Source: Thermodesulfobacteriota bacterium (GTDB lineage: Bacteria; Desulfobacterota; Desulfobaccia; Desulfobaccales; 0-14-0-80-60-11). Taken from it: a DNA stretch of 64,000 nt. Below are positions 62,784 to 64,000 of this stretch, one piece after another; positions within the stretch are counted from its first letter, which is position 1; every line of letters begins with the position of its first letter. The stretch is from NCBI GenBank assembly GCA_040757175.1, contig JBFLXM010000080.1, positions 213 through 64,212 on the forward strand. Reading direction: 5' to 3'. The notes beneath the pieces are model-generated. The model was not told where the DNA came from, did no database searches, and saw nothing but the letters and a program-made list of their open reading frames with translations. The position numbers and the translations under genes are program-made.

Positions 62784-63923
62784 TCACTTGCGTAGAACCC
62801 CCATCCTGTCCAACAACAGACCCGCGGCCTCCTCCACTTCCCCGGCGGTGGTGGGCCGCCCCACACTCAGGCGCACTGCCCCCCGGGCCACTTCCGGGGC
62901 CACCCCCATGGCCGCCAGCACCGGAGAGATGCTTTCCTCCCCGCTGTGGCAGGCCGCGCCCAGGGACGCGGCCAACTCCGGAATCCCCCCCAGGATGTCG
63001 CTGCCGGACACCCCCGGGAGAGAAACGTTCAGGGTGTTGGGAAGCCGTTCTCTCTCCGGGCCGTTCAGCGCCAGCCCCGGAACCCCCGCCAGTAGCCGCG
63101 CATGTAACAGGTCCCGCAGGCGCTGGAGGTGCGGGCCATCCCCGGCCAGTCGCTCCCGGGCCAGACGGCAGGCTTCTCCCAGGGCCACCAGATACGGCAC
63201 GTTTTCCGTGCCCGGCCGGCGCCCCCCTTCCTGTCCGGCCCCGTGGAGCAGGGGGCTAAATTGGCAGCCCGTCCGCACATACAAGGCCCCCACGCCTTTG
63301 GGCGCGTAAAATTTGTGGCCCGCCAGGGTGAGGAAATCCACTTGCAGCTCCCCCACCTTAACCGGGATCTTCCCCACGCTTTGGGCCGCGTCGGTGTGAA
63401 ACCAGACCCCCGCGGCCCGGGCCACGTCCCCTATCTCGCTGATAGGCTGGAGCGCGCCGGTTTCATTGTTGGCGTGCATGACGCTGATAAGAATGGTCTT
63501 GGGGGTGAGGGCCCGGCGCACCGCGTCCGGGTCCACCAGGCCCCGGGAGTCCACGGGGAGGATGGTGACCTCAAACCCCTGGCCCTGGAGGTCCCGGCAG
63601 GGGGCCAGCACCGCGGGATGCTCGATGGCGGTGGTGATGATCCGCCCCTGGCCGAAGTGGCGGGCCACCCCTTTGAGTACGGTGTTGTTGGCCTCCGTGG
63701 CCCCGCTGGTGAAGACGATCTCTGGGGGGCGGCAGGAAAGAAGAGCCGCCACCCGGCTCCGGGCCTCCGCCACCGCCTCCTTGGCCCTGAGCCCCAAAAG
63801 ATAATCGCTGCTGGGGTTGCCGAATTCCTGCTCCAGATAGGGCCGCATGGCCTGGAAGACCTCCGGCGCGATGGGGGTGGTGGCGTTGTAGTCGAGGTAG
63901 ATCATGGGATTTCTACTTTCCAT
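62784..63923 (-). CDS. Cysteine desulfurase (NifS/IscS-type class V aminotransferase)
   Basis: 379 aa; 'IYLDYNATTP', 'HANNETG', PLP-Lys 'LAGHKFYAPKGVGALY', active-site Cys 'GAACHSGE'. Confidence 0.9.
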   Translation of the reverse strand: MESRNPMIYLDYNATTPIAPEVFQAMRPYLEQEFGNPSSDYLLGLRAKEAVAEARSRVAALLSCRPPEIVFTSGATEANNTVLKGVARHFGQGRIITTAIEHPAVLAPCRDLQGQGFEVTILPVDSRGLVDPDAVRRALTPKTILISVMHANNETGALQPISEIGDVARAAGVWFHTDAAQSVGKIPVKVGELQVDFLTLAGHKFYAPKGVGALYVRTGCQFSPLLHGAGQEGGRRPGTENVPYLVALGEACRLARERLAGDGPHLQRLRDLLHARLLAGVPGLALNGPERERLPNTLNVSLPGVSGSDILGGIPELAASLGAACHSGEESISPVLAAMGVAPEVARGAVRLSVGRPTTAGEVEEAAGLLLDRMGVLRK

Positions 63924-64000
63924 ACCATTTATGATAAGGCTTTCCCTTTGTTTAAGGCAACCCTCTTGGCCAACAAGCTTTTTTTCTTTTTAGCAAATTT

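Overview
High-GC chromosomal window from a Gram-negative bacterium, shown by TolC/RND pumps and L-Ara4N lipid A genes. The lineage cannot be fixed from sequence alone. I call about 57 protein genes, 3 tRNAs and RNase P RNA.

The left third (0.2-21.8 kb) is a copper/metal-handling supercluster:
- a CusS/R-like two-component system co-transcribed with two large uncharacterised envelope proteins
- an Fe-S/DUF3786-like protein
- a 977-aa multicopper oxidase
- an LTXXQ periplasmic protein
- a NosL-NosL-small TM-FtsX/ABC-polytopic membrane protein operon without nosZ
- cusBA, whose CusB carries three YHS domains

The middle holds TPR proteins, a DsrE-like protein, a TolC-MFP-RND operon, two tRNA-Ser, a patatin and a PP-loop ATPase.

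The right half is one long minus-strand housekeeping array: mpl, ddl, ispDF, arnD, split arnA, arnC, rnpB, RNase H, nif3, tRNA-Met, rpoD, dnaG, mutS2, yqeY, rpsU. Four accessory modules interrupt it:
- an AT-rich OLD-family ATPase-TOPRIM nuclease
- an AT-rich BglII-like type II R-M pair
- a HEPN/MNT pair
- an orphan beta-class DNA methyltransferase

The most unusual signal is non-coding. Intergenic spacers follow a recurring grammar of 7-8-nt tandem-repeat blocks, often as inverted arms abutting stop or start codons, that bracket REP-like GC hairpins. One spacer is a 140-nt array of 20 heptads in perfect register.

No integrase, transposase, CRISPR array or rRNA was seen. All calls rest on reading the sequence and ORF translations; no searches were run.
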